Of a stretch of 49,949 nucleotides of DNA, positions 34,339 through 43,832 are shown one piece after another; position 1 is the first letter of the stretch, and each line of letters opens with the position of its first letter. A model generated the notes under the pieces. That model worked only from the letters and a program-made list of their open reading frames with translations. It ran no database searches and was not told the DNA's origin. The DNA lies in NCBI GenBank assembly GCA_003135575.1, contig PLCG01000110.1, positions 1-49,949 of the forward strand, in the 5' to 3' direction. This stretch comes from Nitrososphaerota archaeon. Lineage in GTDB: Archaea; Thermoproteota; Nitrososphaeria; Nitrososphaerales; Gagatemarchaeaceae. The position numbers and the translations under genes are program-made.

Positions 34339-36618
34339 TTGAGCGGCATTTTCAGTAACTTCCTACGCGACGCCATCAGGCGTCCCACGGTCACAAGGCG
34401 TAGCATGATTACTGGAATGTTGCTGGTCAGCGTCTTTGTAATCGCGATCATCATCAGGATCTTCCCGGCGAAATACGGCTTTTACCTGAACGAATTTGAC
34501 CCCTACTACGACTACAAGGCGGCCAACTTCATAGTCACGTCCTTCGATCAGAGCTGGAACGCCGGCCAGGGCGGGTTCCCCGGGCTGCTGCACTACTTCT
34601 CATGGACTGATTACACCACCTGGTTCCCAGAGGGCAGGGCAGTGGCCTCCACTTCCCAGGACGGCCTTCAGTTCGCAGGAGCTCTGTCGTACATCTTCCT
34701 GAGAAACGTGTTCGGGTTGCAATTCAGCTTCTACAACTACTTGGTGCTTTTCCCGGTCTTCATCGGCGCGCTCACCGCGATGGCGTTCTACCTGTTCGTC
34801 AAGCGCATCGCTGGCGAGGTGGGAGGCCTGTTCGCAGCGCTGATGGTCGCGGTCTCCCCGCCTCTCATAGAGAGAGGAAACCTCGGCTGGTTCAAGTCTG
34901 AGCCTCTCGCGATTTTCCTCTTTGCTTGCGCTGGCTACCTCTTCCTGACGCTCTTGGACAGCCCCATGAGCACAAGGCAGCGGGTCTTCCGCTCCGTCTT
35001 CGCCGGTCTATTGGCCGGCTACGCCAACACCGCGTGGGGAGGCGGGCTCTACTTCAGCGTCGCGTTCGGGGTCTTCTTCGTCCTGTTGCCGTTCCTGAAC
35101 TACGACGTCCCCGGAATCTCGATTGTGGCGCTGCTCTTCACCGCAGGGGACATCTTCGCAAGCGCAATCTTCCCTAGACCAGGGACCGGGATCGTCACCA
35201 ATCCCGCTGGATTCGCGCTGCTTGGCGGGACCCTCTTCCTCGTGGTGGGCCAGTGGATGAGGACCTGGGTAAGACCCGCAGAATACAGGTGGACGATGGT
35301 GAAGGTCCTCCTCGGCTTCGGGCTCATAGGTCTGGCTGTGCTGAGCTTCGGGCTGCTCTCGCCGGTCAGCCGCAGATACCTCTCGGCAATCCTGCCTTGG
35401 GTGCGGAGCGGCGACCCACTAGTCCAGTCGGTCGCCGAGCACTTCATACCCACAGGCGGAGACTACTTCTCCTCATATCTCGTCCTGCTCTTTCTAGGCA
35501 TCTTTGGAGCGTACGTCGCGTTCAAGAGGAAGAGCCCCTCCATAGGGTTCGCCCTCGTGATAGGGCTGTCAAGCCTCTACATCTCGGCGGCGTTCTCGCG
35601 TCTCCTGGTCTATTCGTCGATTGCCCTCGCAGTCCTCGGAGGAATCGGGTTCGCCGAAGTGATATTCGCCATCCTGAAGCCCAGTGCGCCGACCCTGGTG
35701 AAGAGGAAGCCGACCTACTCGACCCAGAGCGAGATGCGCGCCGTCTATTCGATAGCATTGATCGCCTTGCTGGCCTTCCCCGCGAGCATATTCTGGATAC
35801 CGAACCCAGTCCAGTGCAACGGGACCAGCATAGTGTGCGACCAGAGCCCGGCCGATTATGGCGTCACCATCGCGAACGGGGGCACAGTCTTCTCGCACTC
35901 GCAGATCACCGATTGGTTCCAGGCCCTCAACTGGATACACAACAACACTCCGACGAACGCCGTCATCATCAGCTGGTGGGACTATGGGTACTGGGTCAAC
36001 GTCATGGGTAACAGGACGGTCGTCGCCGACAACGCCACCCTCAACGAGACCAGGATAGCCAACATCGGGCGCATGTTCATGCAGAACCAGACGGCAGGGG
36101 CCGCGACGGCGCTCAACATGGGCCACGGCCGACCCACCTACGTCTTGCTCTTCTTGACCGGCAGCCAAATCACGTTGAGCGGCACGAGCTACTATGTCCT
36201 GCAGTTGCCTGCAGGTCAAGGATTCACCCCTGGTGGAGGAGACGAGAGCAAGAAGCAGTGGTTCATCCGCATCGCCGGGCTGAACGAGTCCCAATACCTC
36301 CAACCTGCCCCCGACGACTTCAACCTCACGCCCGCGGCCCTTACCAACACCGTGTTCGGTGAGATGCTCCCGTTCACTTTCGCCGGCTACTTCGACCTGC
36401 AGAACCAGACGGCCACCGTGACCCAGAACTATTCCCTAGACCCGAACACGGGCGCCCCGCCGGTCCAGCTCTTCGCCACGCCGTCTAACTTCTTCCTGAA
36501 CGGAGGGACCGCCAAGTTCCAGATAGTCTTCCACTCCACCAGCCTGGATACTCCGATATCCTGCGGCAACCAGGTCAGCTGCTTCTCGACGGTCTTGATC
36601 TACAAAGTCCTGCCGTGA
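34339..36618 (+). CDS. aglB: Oligosaccharyltransferase STT3/AglB
   Basis: EFDPYY, SVAEH, WWDYG and DNAT motifs; many transmembrane segments. Confidence 0.95.
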   Translation: MSGIFSNFLRDAIRRPTVTRRSMITGMLLVSVFVIAIIIRIFPAKYGFYLNEFDPYYDYKAANFIVTSFDQSWNAGQGGFPGLLHYFSWTDYTTWFPEGRAVASTSQDGLQFAGALSYIFLRNVFGLQFSFYNYLVLFPVFIGALTAMAFYLFVKRIAGEVGGLFAALMVAVSPPLIERGNLGWFKSEPLAIFLFACAGYLFLTLLDSPMSTRQRVFRSVFAGLLAGYANTAWGGGLYFSVAFGVFFVLLPFLNYDVPGISIVALLFTAGDIFASAIFPRPGTGIVTNPAGFALLGGTLFLVVGQWMRTWVRPAEYRWTMVKVLLGFGLIGLAVLSFGLLSPVSRRYLSAILPWVRSGDPLVQSVAEHFIPTGGDYFSSYLVLLFLGIFGAYVAFKRKSPSIGFALVIGLSSLYISAAFSRLLVYSSIALAVLGGIGFAEVIFAILKPSAPTLVKRKPTYSTQSEMRAVYSIALIALLAFPASIFWIPNPVQCNGTSIVCDQSPADYGVTIANGGTVFSHSQITDWFQALNWIHNNTPTNAVIISWWDYGYWVNVMGNRTVVADNATLNETRIANIGRMFMQNQTAGAATALNMGHGRPTYVLLFLTGSQITLSGTSYYVLQLPAGQGFTPGGGDESKKQWFIRIAGLNESQYLQPAPDDFNLTPAALTNTVFGEMLPFTFAGYFDLQNQTATVTQNYSLDPNTGAPPVQLFATPSNFFLNGGTAKFQIVFHSTSLDTPISCGNQVSCFSTVLIYKVLP

Positions 36619-36636
36619 TGACCCGGGCCCGTCGGC

Positions 36637-36813
36637 CTACTTGTCTTGCGTTGTAGTGGCCTGATACGCCAGCGGGCTTCTGTATCTGGCATATTTGTCA
36701 TCGGGGGAGTATTTCGCCGGCGCAGCCATGACGGTGGCCTCCCCGCACTGCGGGCACTTCGCCGCCATCGTGTACTTCGAGTCCTTCACGCACTTGAAGA
36801 GCAGGTTCTTCAT
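36637..36813 (-). CDS. nop10: H/ACA RNP protein Nop10 (58 aa; below the ORF-track cutoff)
   Basis: YTMAAKCPQCGEAT...PAKYSPDDKYARYR; lies downstream of aIF2-alpha as usual. Confidence 0.92.
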   Translation of the reverse strand: MKNLLFKCVKDSKYTMAAKCPQCGEATVMAAPAKYSPDDKYARYRSPLAYQATTTQDK

Positions 36814-36816
36814 TCT

Positions 36817-37617
36817 CTAGGCGCCGCCGCCATACTTCCGTGACATCTCTTTCTTGCTTGTGAAGCTCCCGTGCTTGCCTATGGCCTCCTCCATCTTCAG
36901 GAGGACAGCTCCCATGACCTTGTCGGCTTGCTTGTAATCGTCGGCGGTGACCCTGACCCGGTAGCGAGGCGCCCCGACGTAGGTCATCTTGATCTCGGCC
37001 ACCGAGGAGGCGTTGAGGCCAGCGGCCAGCGCCTTTTTGATCTGGAGGATACCGTCGGGAGCGTTCGAGCTCATCTCGACTATGTTCCCGACCTCGTACT
37101 TCGGCGCAGCGATCTTCTCCTTCGCCGCAGTGACCATCTCGTTGACGACGTCGGCTGGGAAGTTCAGGGCCGCGAACGTCTTCTCGCCCCTCTTCGCCGC
37201 GTCCTCGAAAGCCTCGTAGAGGGTTCCGTACTGCTCTTGGAGCTTGGTGACGATGTCTGAGAACGGCTTGTCATCCATCCCGAGCTTCTTCTTCACCATC
37301 CCCAGTATCATGACCACCTTCTCCTTCTGCTTCCACTCGATCAGCTTGTTCCGTCTCTCCTCGTTCGTGACCTGTCTGAGGGAAAGGTCGACCTCCCTCC
37401 TGGACTTTTCAGCCCTTATGACCTTGAGGACGAGCTTCTGCCCAACCTTCGCGACCCGGTCAATGTTCCTGACCCAGCCGGTGGTAATCTCGGAGATGTG
37501 CAGGAAACCGTTCATCCCGTTGTATTCGTCAAGGTCGACATAGATGCCGTGCGGGGTTATCTCCCTCACAGTGCACAGGACAATGTCTCCTCTTTCGGGT
37601 AGCTCGCCGCTCTCCAT
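36817..37617 (-). CDS. eif2a: Translation initiation factor 2 alpha subunit
   Basis: S1 domain GFLHISEITTGWVRNI, VDLSLR and YVGAPRYR motifs. Confidence 0.95.
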   Translation of the reverse strand: MESGELPERGDIVLCTVREITPHGIYVDLDEYNGMNGFLHISEITTGWVRNIDRVAKVGQKLVLKVIRAEKSRREVDLSLRQVTNEERRNKLIEWKQKEKVVMILGMVKKKLGMDDKPFSDIVTKLQEQYGTLYEAFEDAAKRGEKTFAALNFPADVVNEMVTAAKEKIAAPKYEVGNIVEMSSNAPDGILQIKKALAAGLNASSVAEIKMTYVGAPRYRVRVTADDYKQADKVMGAVLLKMEEAIGKHGSFTSKKEMSRKYGGGA

Positions 37618-37664
37618 CGCTAATCTCCTCTCACTGGCGCTTGCCGAGAAGGTTGGTTATTAAT

Positions 37665-37862
37665 CTAGTCCAGTCTCTTGATTACCGGGGCGTCAATCTC
37701 TACCTTCCCCCCGGTCTTACTAGCGAGCTTTCTCCCACAGCCCCTGCACGTCACGTCTCTCGTGGAGGCGGAGAACATGGGCCTCTCCTCGCCGCAGTCG
37801 GGACACTTGACCAAAAGGAAGCTGCTCCTCGGCTTCGGTATGAACTCTCGCTCTCTCTTCAT
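37665..37862 (-). CDS. rps27e: 30S ribosomal protein S27e
   Basis: IPKPRSSFLLVKCPDC...CRGCG...TGGK; start at ATG 37862. Confidence 0.95.
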   Translation of the reverse strand: MKREREFIPKPRSSFLLVKCPDCGEERPMFSASTRDVTCRGCGRKLASKTGGKVEIDAPVIKRLD

Positions 37863-37867
37863 TTTGA

Positions 37868-38146
37868 CTATTGCACTATCTCTGCCTTTCTCAGGCGGAT
37901 CCCCTTGCGCATTGCCTCTTTGTTGCACTCCTTGCACTTTAGCTTCAGAGTGGCCTTCTTCGTCGTCTTCGCCGTTCTTATGAGCTCAGGGAACTTCTGG
38001 CCTCCATAGCCCCGCTTTCTGGTGGCCTGTCGTCTGGCACCCCAGGAAGACGCCCTCTCCTTCCCCTTCTTGTAAAGCGAAATGGTGTGAATGGTATGCT
38101 TCTTGCAATGTGGACAGTTTGTGTTAATTTCCTTCGGAATCTTCAT
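37868..38146 (-). CDS. rpl44e: 50S ribosomal protein L44e
   Basis: CPHCKKHT, GYGGQKFP and AKTTKK...LKCKEC motifs. Confidence 0.96.
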   Translation of the reverse strand: MKIPKEINTNCPHCKKHTIHTISLYKKGKERASSWGARRQATRKRGYGGQKFPELIRTAKTTKKATLKLKCKECNKEAMRKGIRLRKAEIVQ

Positions 38147-38339
38147 ACGGTTTTCAGCCGAGCCGACCCGTCTTATGATTTATGCGTTGTGGTTGGTCCG
38201 GCAGGACTTTTCGGGCTTGAGCGGATGTGAATCCAAAAAGAAACCCGACTCTGAGTACCTGGTGATTCTCGACGCGAATGAGAACCAATCTTTATTATCA
38301 GTCACTATGCAACCCGAGTGAAGGCGAGCACCTCAAAAC

Positions 38340-39095
38340 ATGTTTTTTGCGAAGACCGCTAGCAGCCAGGAATGGAAGGCGGTTGCAGCTGCAATCAAGA
38401 CGCTCGTGGAGGAGGCCACATTCGAGGTCTCCAGCGAGGGCCTCGTCTTCAGGGCAATGGACCCCTCTCACATCGCCCTAGTCGACCTTAATTGGCCGAA
38501 CACAAGCTTCGAGAAGTTCGAGTGCGACAAGCCAACCAAGTTCACCATAAGAGTAGAGGACTTTGTCAAGCTGATTGCCAGGACTGACAACAAGGACAGC
38601 GTGGAGATTGCCTCCAGCGAGGACGACGCCCTGACGCTCAGGCTGATGAACGGGTACAAGCGGGAATTCAAGGTTCATCTCATCGAGACGACGCCCGGCA
38701 CAGCCCCGCTTCCAAAGCTCGACCTCGACGTCAAGCTCTCCATGAGCAAGAGCGTCTTTGAGAAGGTGCTCGGTGACATCTCTGTCGTCGCGGATCAGGT
38801 CATGATTTCATCGTTGAAGGAGGGAGTGTCATTCTCCGGGAAGAGCGACGTTGGTGCGGCTACAATCCAACTCGACAAGGGCGGCGCGGACGTGCTCGAC
38901 CTTCAGGTGAAGGCGGAGGCGAAGGCATCGTATAATATCGATTATTTGCTTGGGATTTCAAAGGCCGTTGGAAGCGCTTCCGATATCGTGGTGGTCGAGT
39001 ATAGCTCGAAGAAACCTGCACGATTGGAGTTCAAATTGAACGAGCAGGGCGCAAGAATATACTACTTCCTTGCACCTCGCATAGCTGAGAATTAG
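38340..39095 (+). CDS. pcn: DNA sliding clamp PCNA
   Basis: AMDPSHIALV and C-terminal YFLAPR motifs. Confidence 0.96.
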   Translation: MFFAKTASSQEWKAVAAAIKTLVEEATFEVSSEGLVFRAMDPSHIALVDLNWPNTSFEKFECDKPTKFTIRVEDFVKLIARTDNKDSVEIASSEDDALTLRLMNGYKREFKVHLIETTPGTAPLPKLDLDVKLSMSKSVFEKVLGDISVVADQVMISSLKEGVSFSGKSDVGAATIQLDKGGADVLDLQVKAEAKASYNIDYLLGISKAVGSASDIVVVEYSSKKPARLEFKLNEQGARIYYFLAPRIAEN

Positions 39096-39117
39096 GCCTC
39101 TGTTTCGCCTAATTCGC

Positions 39118-40194
39118 TCAAATAGCGGTCTGTTTTCCTTTCTTATTCAGCTTCTTCAGTGTAAGATAAAATGGGTCTAGCATTTTGTAATAGCTTGGGT
39201 CTACTTGTTTGAGCCCCCAGAGCGGGTGTGTGTCAATGAAATCAAAGAATTCCAGCATTTTCTTCACCCGTTCCCTCTTGACAATCACGTAAGGGAGTAT
39301 CTGCGGCAAGACAGCACGTAACACGCCAGCACTTGCGATATAGGCCCACCTTGTTTTTGTCGCGGCATCTCCCTTCTTGTTTCGGTGGACTGTCCCTTCT
39401 CCTATTGTCTCGGCGATTCTGATTAGAAATGCCCTGTTACTATTGCTTATTTCCAATTGAGGCCGATAAAAGAAACCTCGCCGATACAGCCGGTTGAAGA
39501 CCTTTGACAGAAGAATTGAGCCCTCGCCGTCTATCACGCCCGCCAACCAGGCGCATTCCTTCTCAGACATTTGCCTGAATGCCTTGAATCTATTGCCAGG
39601 TCTTCGGTCATTCAAGTTGACAGGTCGAGACGCTAAGGCTAATTGGTCACCTGGAACGTCTCTGCCTTTCTCATTCAAGCGCTTTACCCCGAGATACAGG
39701 GAATCGAGTTTTTCGTGGTATCCTTCTGGAACCTTCATTGACCCATCTATGGGATTCGACTCTATGAACTCAAGATACCTCAGCATTGTCTTCGCGACTT
39801 CTTGCTTGATTATCAAGTAGGGCAAGATTTGTGGTAGAATGCCTCGGAGGACCGAGGGCGAACCTTTGTACTCCCACTTGTCTCTCCAATCACGTCTTTT
39901 CTCTATGGTCAGCCCCACGAATCCCATCCCGATGACTTCCCTTATGCGCCTAACAATATCTTCGTTCGAATTAGCTACGCTAAGAAAGGCCTTGTAGAAG
40001 AAACCTCTTCTGGAATACCCAGACTTCACTAGCACTCTTGCAATGAAGATGGACCCTTCGCCATCAATGACTCCTGCCAACCACGCCCTTTCAACAGGAC
40101 TCAGAATCCGGACTGTGCTTCGCTGAGCGACATGCAACCCGCCAACTGCGTTGGGTGCCTCTTGAGGTGACTCCCTTGACCTGTTCTTCGGCAT
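39118..40194 (-). mobile_element. Free-standing double-motif LAGLIDADG homing endonuclease
   Basis: Two copies of AWLAGVIDGEGSI...RRGFFY...SN...IG.G...LR..LPQILPY.I.K; more AT-rich than its neighbours; inserted antisense between pcn and priS. Confidence 0.9.
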
Positions 40195-40291
40195 GGACTA
40201 GAATGGAAACTGACTATTTAGGCGCCACCGAGAATCCAAGAGCGACACATCCTCACTAATCTTATAATCAACGACGCATCTCGTCCCTTTC

Positions 40292-41398
40292 TTGTCCGCG
40301 AGCACCCCCAAGGTCGATGGCGCCCCGCCCCAGATGGACGACAAGACCATCGCGTTCCTTCGGAGGGCCTTCCGCGAGCATTACTTCAAGCATCACGACG
40401 ACGTCGAGATGCCCACCATGATCCAGAACAGGGAGTTCGGATACATCCCGTTCGGGAAGGGGATGATAAGGCACCTGTCCTACAAGACCTCGGGAGAGCT
40501 CGCCGCCGACCTGGTGAAGCAGGCCCCATCGTCTGTCTTCTGCTCCAACGGTGTCTACTCTAACCCGACCCTGGCGATGGACGAGAAGGGGTGGAAGGGG
40601 GCCGAGCTGATCTTCGACATCGACGCAAGTTCAATCCCGACTTCGTGCAGGGCCAAGCACAGCTTCTGGGCGTGCAAGGCATGCGGCAAGATCACACGCT
40701 CGTTGGAGAGGCCGCCGCAGTGCCCAAAGTGCGAATCGACGGGCCTGGCTCAGCTGCATTGGAGCTGTGCCGAGTGTTTGGCCGCCACCAAGGAGCACGT
40801 CTCCCGGCTGATCGAGTTCCTCACCAGCGACTTTGGGGTCTCCAGCGCCGGCATCAGGATATACTTCTCGGGGAACAGGGGCTACCACCTTCACGTGGAG
40901 GACGAGAGGTTCGAGGGGATGGAGCCGTCAGCACGCGCCGAGGTCGCGAACTACATCAAGGGCACCGGCCTCGTCCGTCCGCAGAGCTCCGACTACACGC
41001 CTTCAGGCGCCTCTAGCAGAGGTGGGTGGCTCGAGAGGGTAGCGGCCGCGTCATCTGGCAAGGACCAACCGCAGAGGCTGGAGCAGGTGATCAACGCGTT
41101 CAGCTCGAGGATAGACGAGTCCGTCACAACGGATATACACAGGATTTTTCGCATGCCCGGGACGTTGCACGGAAACTCGGGCCTGCTGAAGATGAGGGTG
41201 CACGACTTGGACCGCTTCATGCCGGAGTACGACCCGGTCGTGCTGGGTGACGAGGAGGTCGCCGTCTCCGTGCAAGGCTCGCCCGTCTTCAGCCTGAAGG
41301 GCCGGACGTTCGGACCCTATTCCTCCGAGGAGCCCGAGCTCCCTGTCTATGCTGCAGTGTACCTGATGACAAAGGGTCTAGCGAGGCTCGCGGACTAG
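40292..41398 (+). CDS. priS: DNA primase small (catalytic) subunit with zinc-finger insertion
   Basis: REFG, ELIFDIDA, FSGNRGYH and IDESVTTDIHRIFRMPGTLH motifs. Confidence 0.95.
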   Translation: MSASTPKVDGAPPQMDDKTIAFLRRAFREHYFKHHDDVEMPTMIQNREFGYIPFGKGMIRHLSYKTSGELAADLVKQAPSSVFCSNGVYSNPTLAMDEKGWKGAELIFDIDASSIPTSCRAKHSFWACKACGKITRSLERPPQCPKCESTGLAQLHWSCAECLAATKEHVSRLIEFLTSDFGVSSAGIRIYFSGNRGYHLHVEDERFEGMEPSARAEVANYIKGTGLVRPQSSDYTPSGASSRGGWLERVAAASSGKDQPQRLEQVINAFSSRIDESVTTDIHRIFRMPGTLHGNSGLLKMRVHDLDRFMPEYDPVVLGDEEVAVSVQGSPVFSLKGRTFGPYSSEEPELPVYAAVYLMTKGLARLAD

Positions 41399-41989
41399 AT
41401 GGAGACCGTTTCCACCGTAGAAAAGCTGAGGCAGGCCCTGGAGTTGGAAGAAGCCTCAGACACGCTCACCGTGATCCCGGCAGAGACATACATCAAGCTG
41501 GCCAACTACGCGCAGAAGCTCCGCGCCCCTGCGGGCTCGGGCAGCGACGATGCCCCCGTGCGATTGGCAAAGAAACAACTTTGGCTGATTGAGGTGATGA
41601 CAAGGCGGCTGCTTCACGTGCGCTTGGCCAAGGCCGAGAAAGAGGAGGCCGCAATGCCCGATGACGACCAGTCGACGCGGTCAGCCAAGAACCTCCTGCC
41701 CGAGGAGCGATACATCAACGACGTGATGCGGCAGCTCGCTAAGAAGGAGGACAGGTTCGTCAAGGCGGTGGTGGACGGGCAGCCGTCGTTCTTCACGCTG
41801 GTCCAGAGGAGGGAGACCCAAAGGATGACGACGGTTAGGATCTCGAAGCGGGTGGGGGAGATAATCGGCGCGGACTTGAAGAGGTACGGTCCCTTCGAGG
41901 TCAACGACGTCGCGAGGCTCCCGGTGGGGAACGCTCAGGTGATGGTGGCCAGCAAGCAGGCCGTTCCTGTCTCGACGGACGATTACTAG
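41399..41989 (+). CDS. GINS subunit (Gins51/Gins15)
   Basis: Helical A-domain with LLPEE; C-terminal B-domain IIGADLKRYGPF...DVARLP..NA; follows priS. Confidence 0.85.
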   Translation: METVSTVEKLRQALELEEASDTLTVIPAETYIKLANYAQKLRAPAGSGSDDAPVRLAKKQLWLIEVMTRRLLHVRLAKAEKEEAAMPDDDQSTRSAKNLLPEERYINDVMRQLAKKEDRFVKAVVDGQPSFFTLVQRRETQRMTTVRISKRVGEIIGADLKRYGPFEVNDVARLPVGNAQVMVASKQAVPVSTDDY

Positions 41990-42333
41990 CTATAGCTGCG
42001 CCACGTGTGATTACACTTGAGGCAGCGGTAGAACTGCGTCGGGGGCTCGTCGCCGCTGCGCGTCTGCAAGAACCACCAGTTCGCCTCGTCATGGCCGCAC
42101 TTCGGGCACTCGATCTTGGTAGTCGGGAGCGTAGACAGCTTGCTCTCCTTCTCGCCAACCACTTTAATCGCCGGCAGATCTGACAATTCCTCCTCGGTGC
42201 CTAGCGTCACGGTCCTCCCGGCCTTGTCTGAATAGCCGCAGTTATCGCAGAGGAGGGTGATTGTCGCACCTCCCTTCTCCGCCTTTACTTGCTTGAGCTT
42301 TAGTCGGGTACCACACTTGGGGCAGAACTTCAG
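41986..42333 (-). CDS. tfs: Transcription factor S (TFS/RpoM)
   Basis: N-terminal KFCPKCG...CDNCGY and C-terminal CPKCG...QTRSGDEPPTQFYRCLKC; the only start that includes the N-terminal zinc finger is CTG 42333. Confidence 0.93.
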   Translation of the reverse strand: MKFCPKCGTRLKLKQVKAEKGGATITLLCDNCGYSDKAGRTVTLGTEEELSDLPAIKVVGEKESKLSTLPTTKIECPKCGHDEANWWFLQTRSGDEPPTQFYRCLKCNHTWRSYS

Positions 42334-42617
42334 TCCGATCCACCACTTGTGGCCTTTGTAACAGCGTCCAGCAACTCACGTAAGCTGACCTGCGCCCTCT
42401 CGAGGCTAGCGAGGAATGCCTTCTCAGGCTTGATCCTCTGGGCACGGACCTTAACGACCAGCTTCTTGATTAGCGGGTGTGGAGGCAGGACTCCCGCGAA
42501 CGTCACGTTCTTCTCGTCGAGCAACTCGTGGTGCACAATCTCTGCGAGGGAGTAATCCTCACCCGTCACTTCGACGGTGAACTCCCTGTCTTCTTTCCGA
42601 GAGACTTGGACGAGCAT
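42330..42617 (-). CDS. rpoL: RNA polymerase subunit Rpo11 (L)
   Basis: GEDYSLAE...VTFAG..PHPL motif; upstream of tfs. Confidence 0.9.
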   Translation of the reverse strand: MLVQVSRKEDREFTVEVTGEDYSLAEIVHHELLDEKNVTFAGVLPPHPLIKKLVVKVRAQRIKPEKAFLASLERAQVSLRELLDAVTKATSGGSD

Positions 42618-42692
42618 CAGTTTTCGAAACCGACCCGCTTCGGGTTGTTAATAAGGGAATCGAAATCTGTGAAGACGGCGGGTCATTTTTAC

Positions 42693-43013
42693 CTACCGAG
42701 AGTCCGCGGCAAACTCATGACTGCCCGGAAAATTCGCCGCACGAGGCAATCCTTCTAGAGTGTCGAACAATTCATCGACACTCGTCGAGTGCCTCGCCAA
42801 TTCGATCGCCCTTTCATACGAGCATCCCATCTTGCCACAATCGGAACACGTGATGTAGCTTTCTATCATCGCCCTGTCGCCAGTCCGATTAGCTCGAACC
42901 AACAGGTCCTCAGCGCTTCTCAAGCCCGCTTGTGAGGCCAGCTCAGGAGCCCGTCTCCGTATCCTTTCTCTCAGCGTTTCCGCGAGCTCCCTTTCGTCCA
43001 ATTGGAAATACAC
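42693..43013 (-). CDS. Hypothetical protein with CxxC
   Basis: 106-aa ORF with GAGG upstream; YITCSDCG; fills the gap between csl4 and rpoL. Confidence 0.55.
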   Translation of the reverse strand: MYFQLDERELAETLRERIRRRAPELASQAGLRSAEDLLVRANRTGDRAMIESYITCSDCGKMGCSYERAIELARHSTSVDELFDTLEGLPRAANFPGSHEFAADSR

Positions 43014-43240
43014 GCGCCTCTTTCCCTCATCAAGCGAATGGGACTCGCCCTGAACGCCCTTGGGAGTTCATCCCCTTGCATTGCCCTAGCCGGAACATCA
43101 GTGCCTTTGACTTTATCACATGCTCATAGACAAATGCGCTACTAAAGCGCCCACCTAAGCCATGAAAATCCGGGCCATAGGTTTCATTGGATCTTCTCTG
43201 AAATCTTCCGAGGATGAGCGCTAATCCGAGAAGGAAAACA

Positions 43241-43831
43241 TCACGGTTGGATGTTCGCGGTGCCAAAGTCATCGGCGAACTTGCGTTCTTCGACGTTCCC
43301 GCACTGCTCGCACTGCGCCCTTCCGTCCCCCCGGACCAACACGGCTCCGCAGACGCTGCACATGGCCGCGACGACCCCTAGGTGAGGCTCGTCGATGGAC
43401 AGCTGGTTCATCCCGTTCAACGTGCTGGCGACCTTCGCCCTGACGACGTCGCCCAGCTTGACCATCGTCCGACGCTCTCCCCTGCCTCCGCGCTCGGAGC
43501 GCGTGAAAATCGTACCCGGGAAGCTTGCCAGAGTCTCAACCCCATTCAGGTACCGAATCTTTACGCCGGCTGTGCTGGTCATTGCCGCCTCGACCTGGCC
43601 TAACACGGTGTCCCCCACCGTTGGGGTCCTAGCTACGGCGACCGGGCGCACCGCCACCTCCCTCTTCGAAAGGTCCTTCTCTACACGTCCGGGGAGCGAC
43701 GCCCTGACCGCGTCCCCTTGTTCGTAGGTGTTCTTGCCTGCAAGGAACTCTTCGGGGGATGCCAGGAAGTCCCCAGGGAGGGCGACCGTCGCGGGACCTT
43801 CCTTCTTCTTGATTGTTTCCGGCTTGCTCAT
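43241..43831 (-). CDS. csl4: Exosome complex RNA-binding protein Csl4
   Basis: LPGDFLA..EE, S1 domain GDVVRAKV, LGVV.A.CSVCG...CEQCGNVEERKFA. Confidence 0.93.
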   Translation of the reverse strand: MSKPETIKKKEGPATVALPGDFLASPEEFLAGKNTYEQGDAVRASLPGRVEKDLSKREVAVRPVAVARTPTVGDTVLGQVEAAMTSTAGVKIRYLNGVETLASFPGTIFTRSERGGRGERRTMVKLGDVVRAKVASTLNGMNQLSIDEPHLGVVAAMCSVCGAVLVRGDGRAQCEQCGNVEERKFADDFGTANIQP

Positions 43832-43832
43832 C

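Noticed and set aside
42971..43033. Possible C/D-box sRNA on the minus strand (TGATGA...CTGA)
   Set aside because: No convincing internal C'/D' boxes, and it overlaps the start of a plausible ORF.
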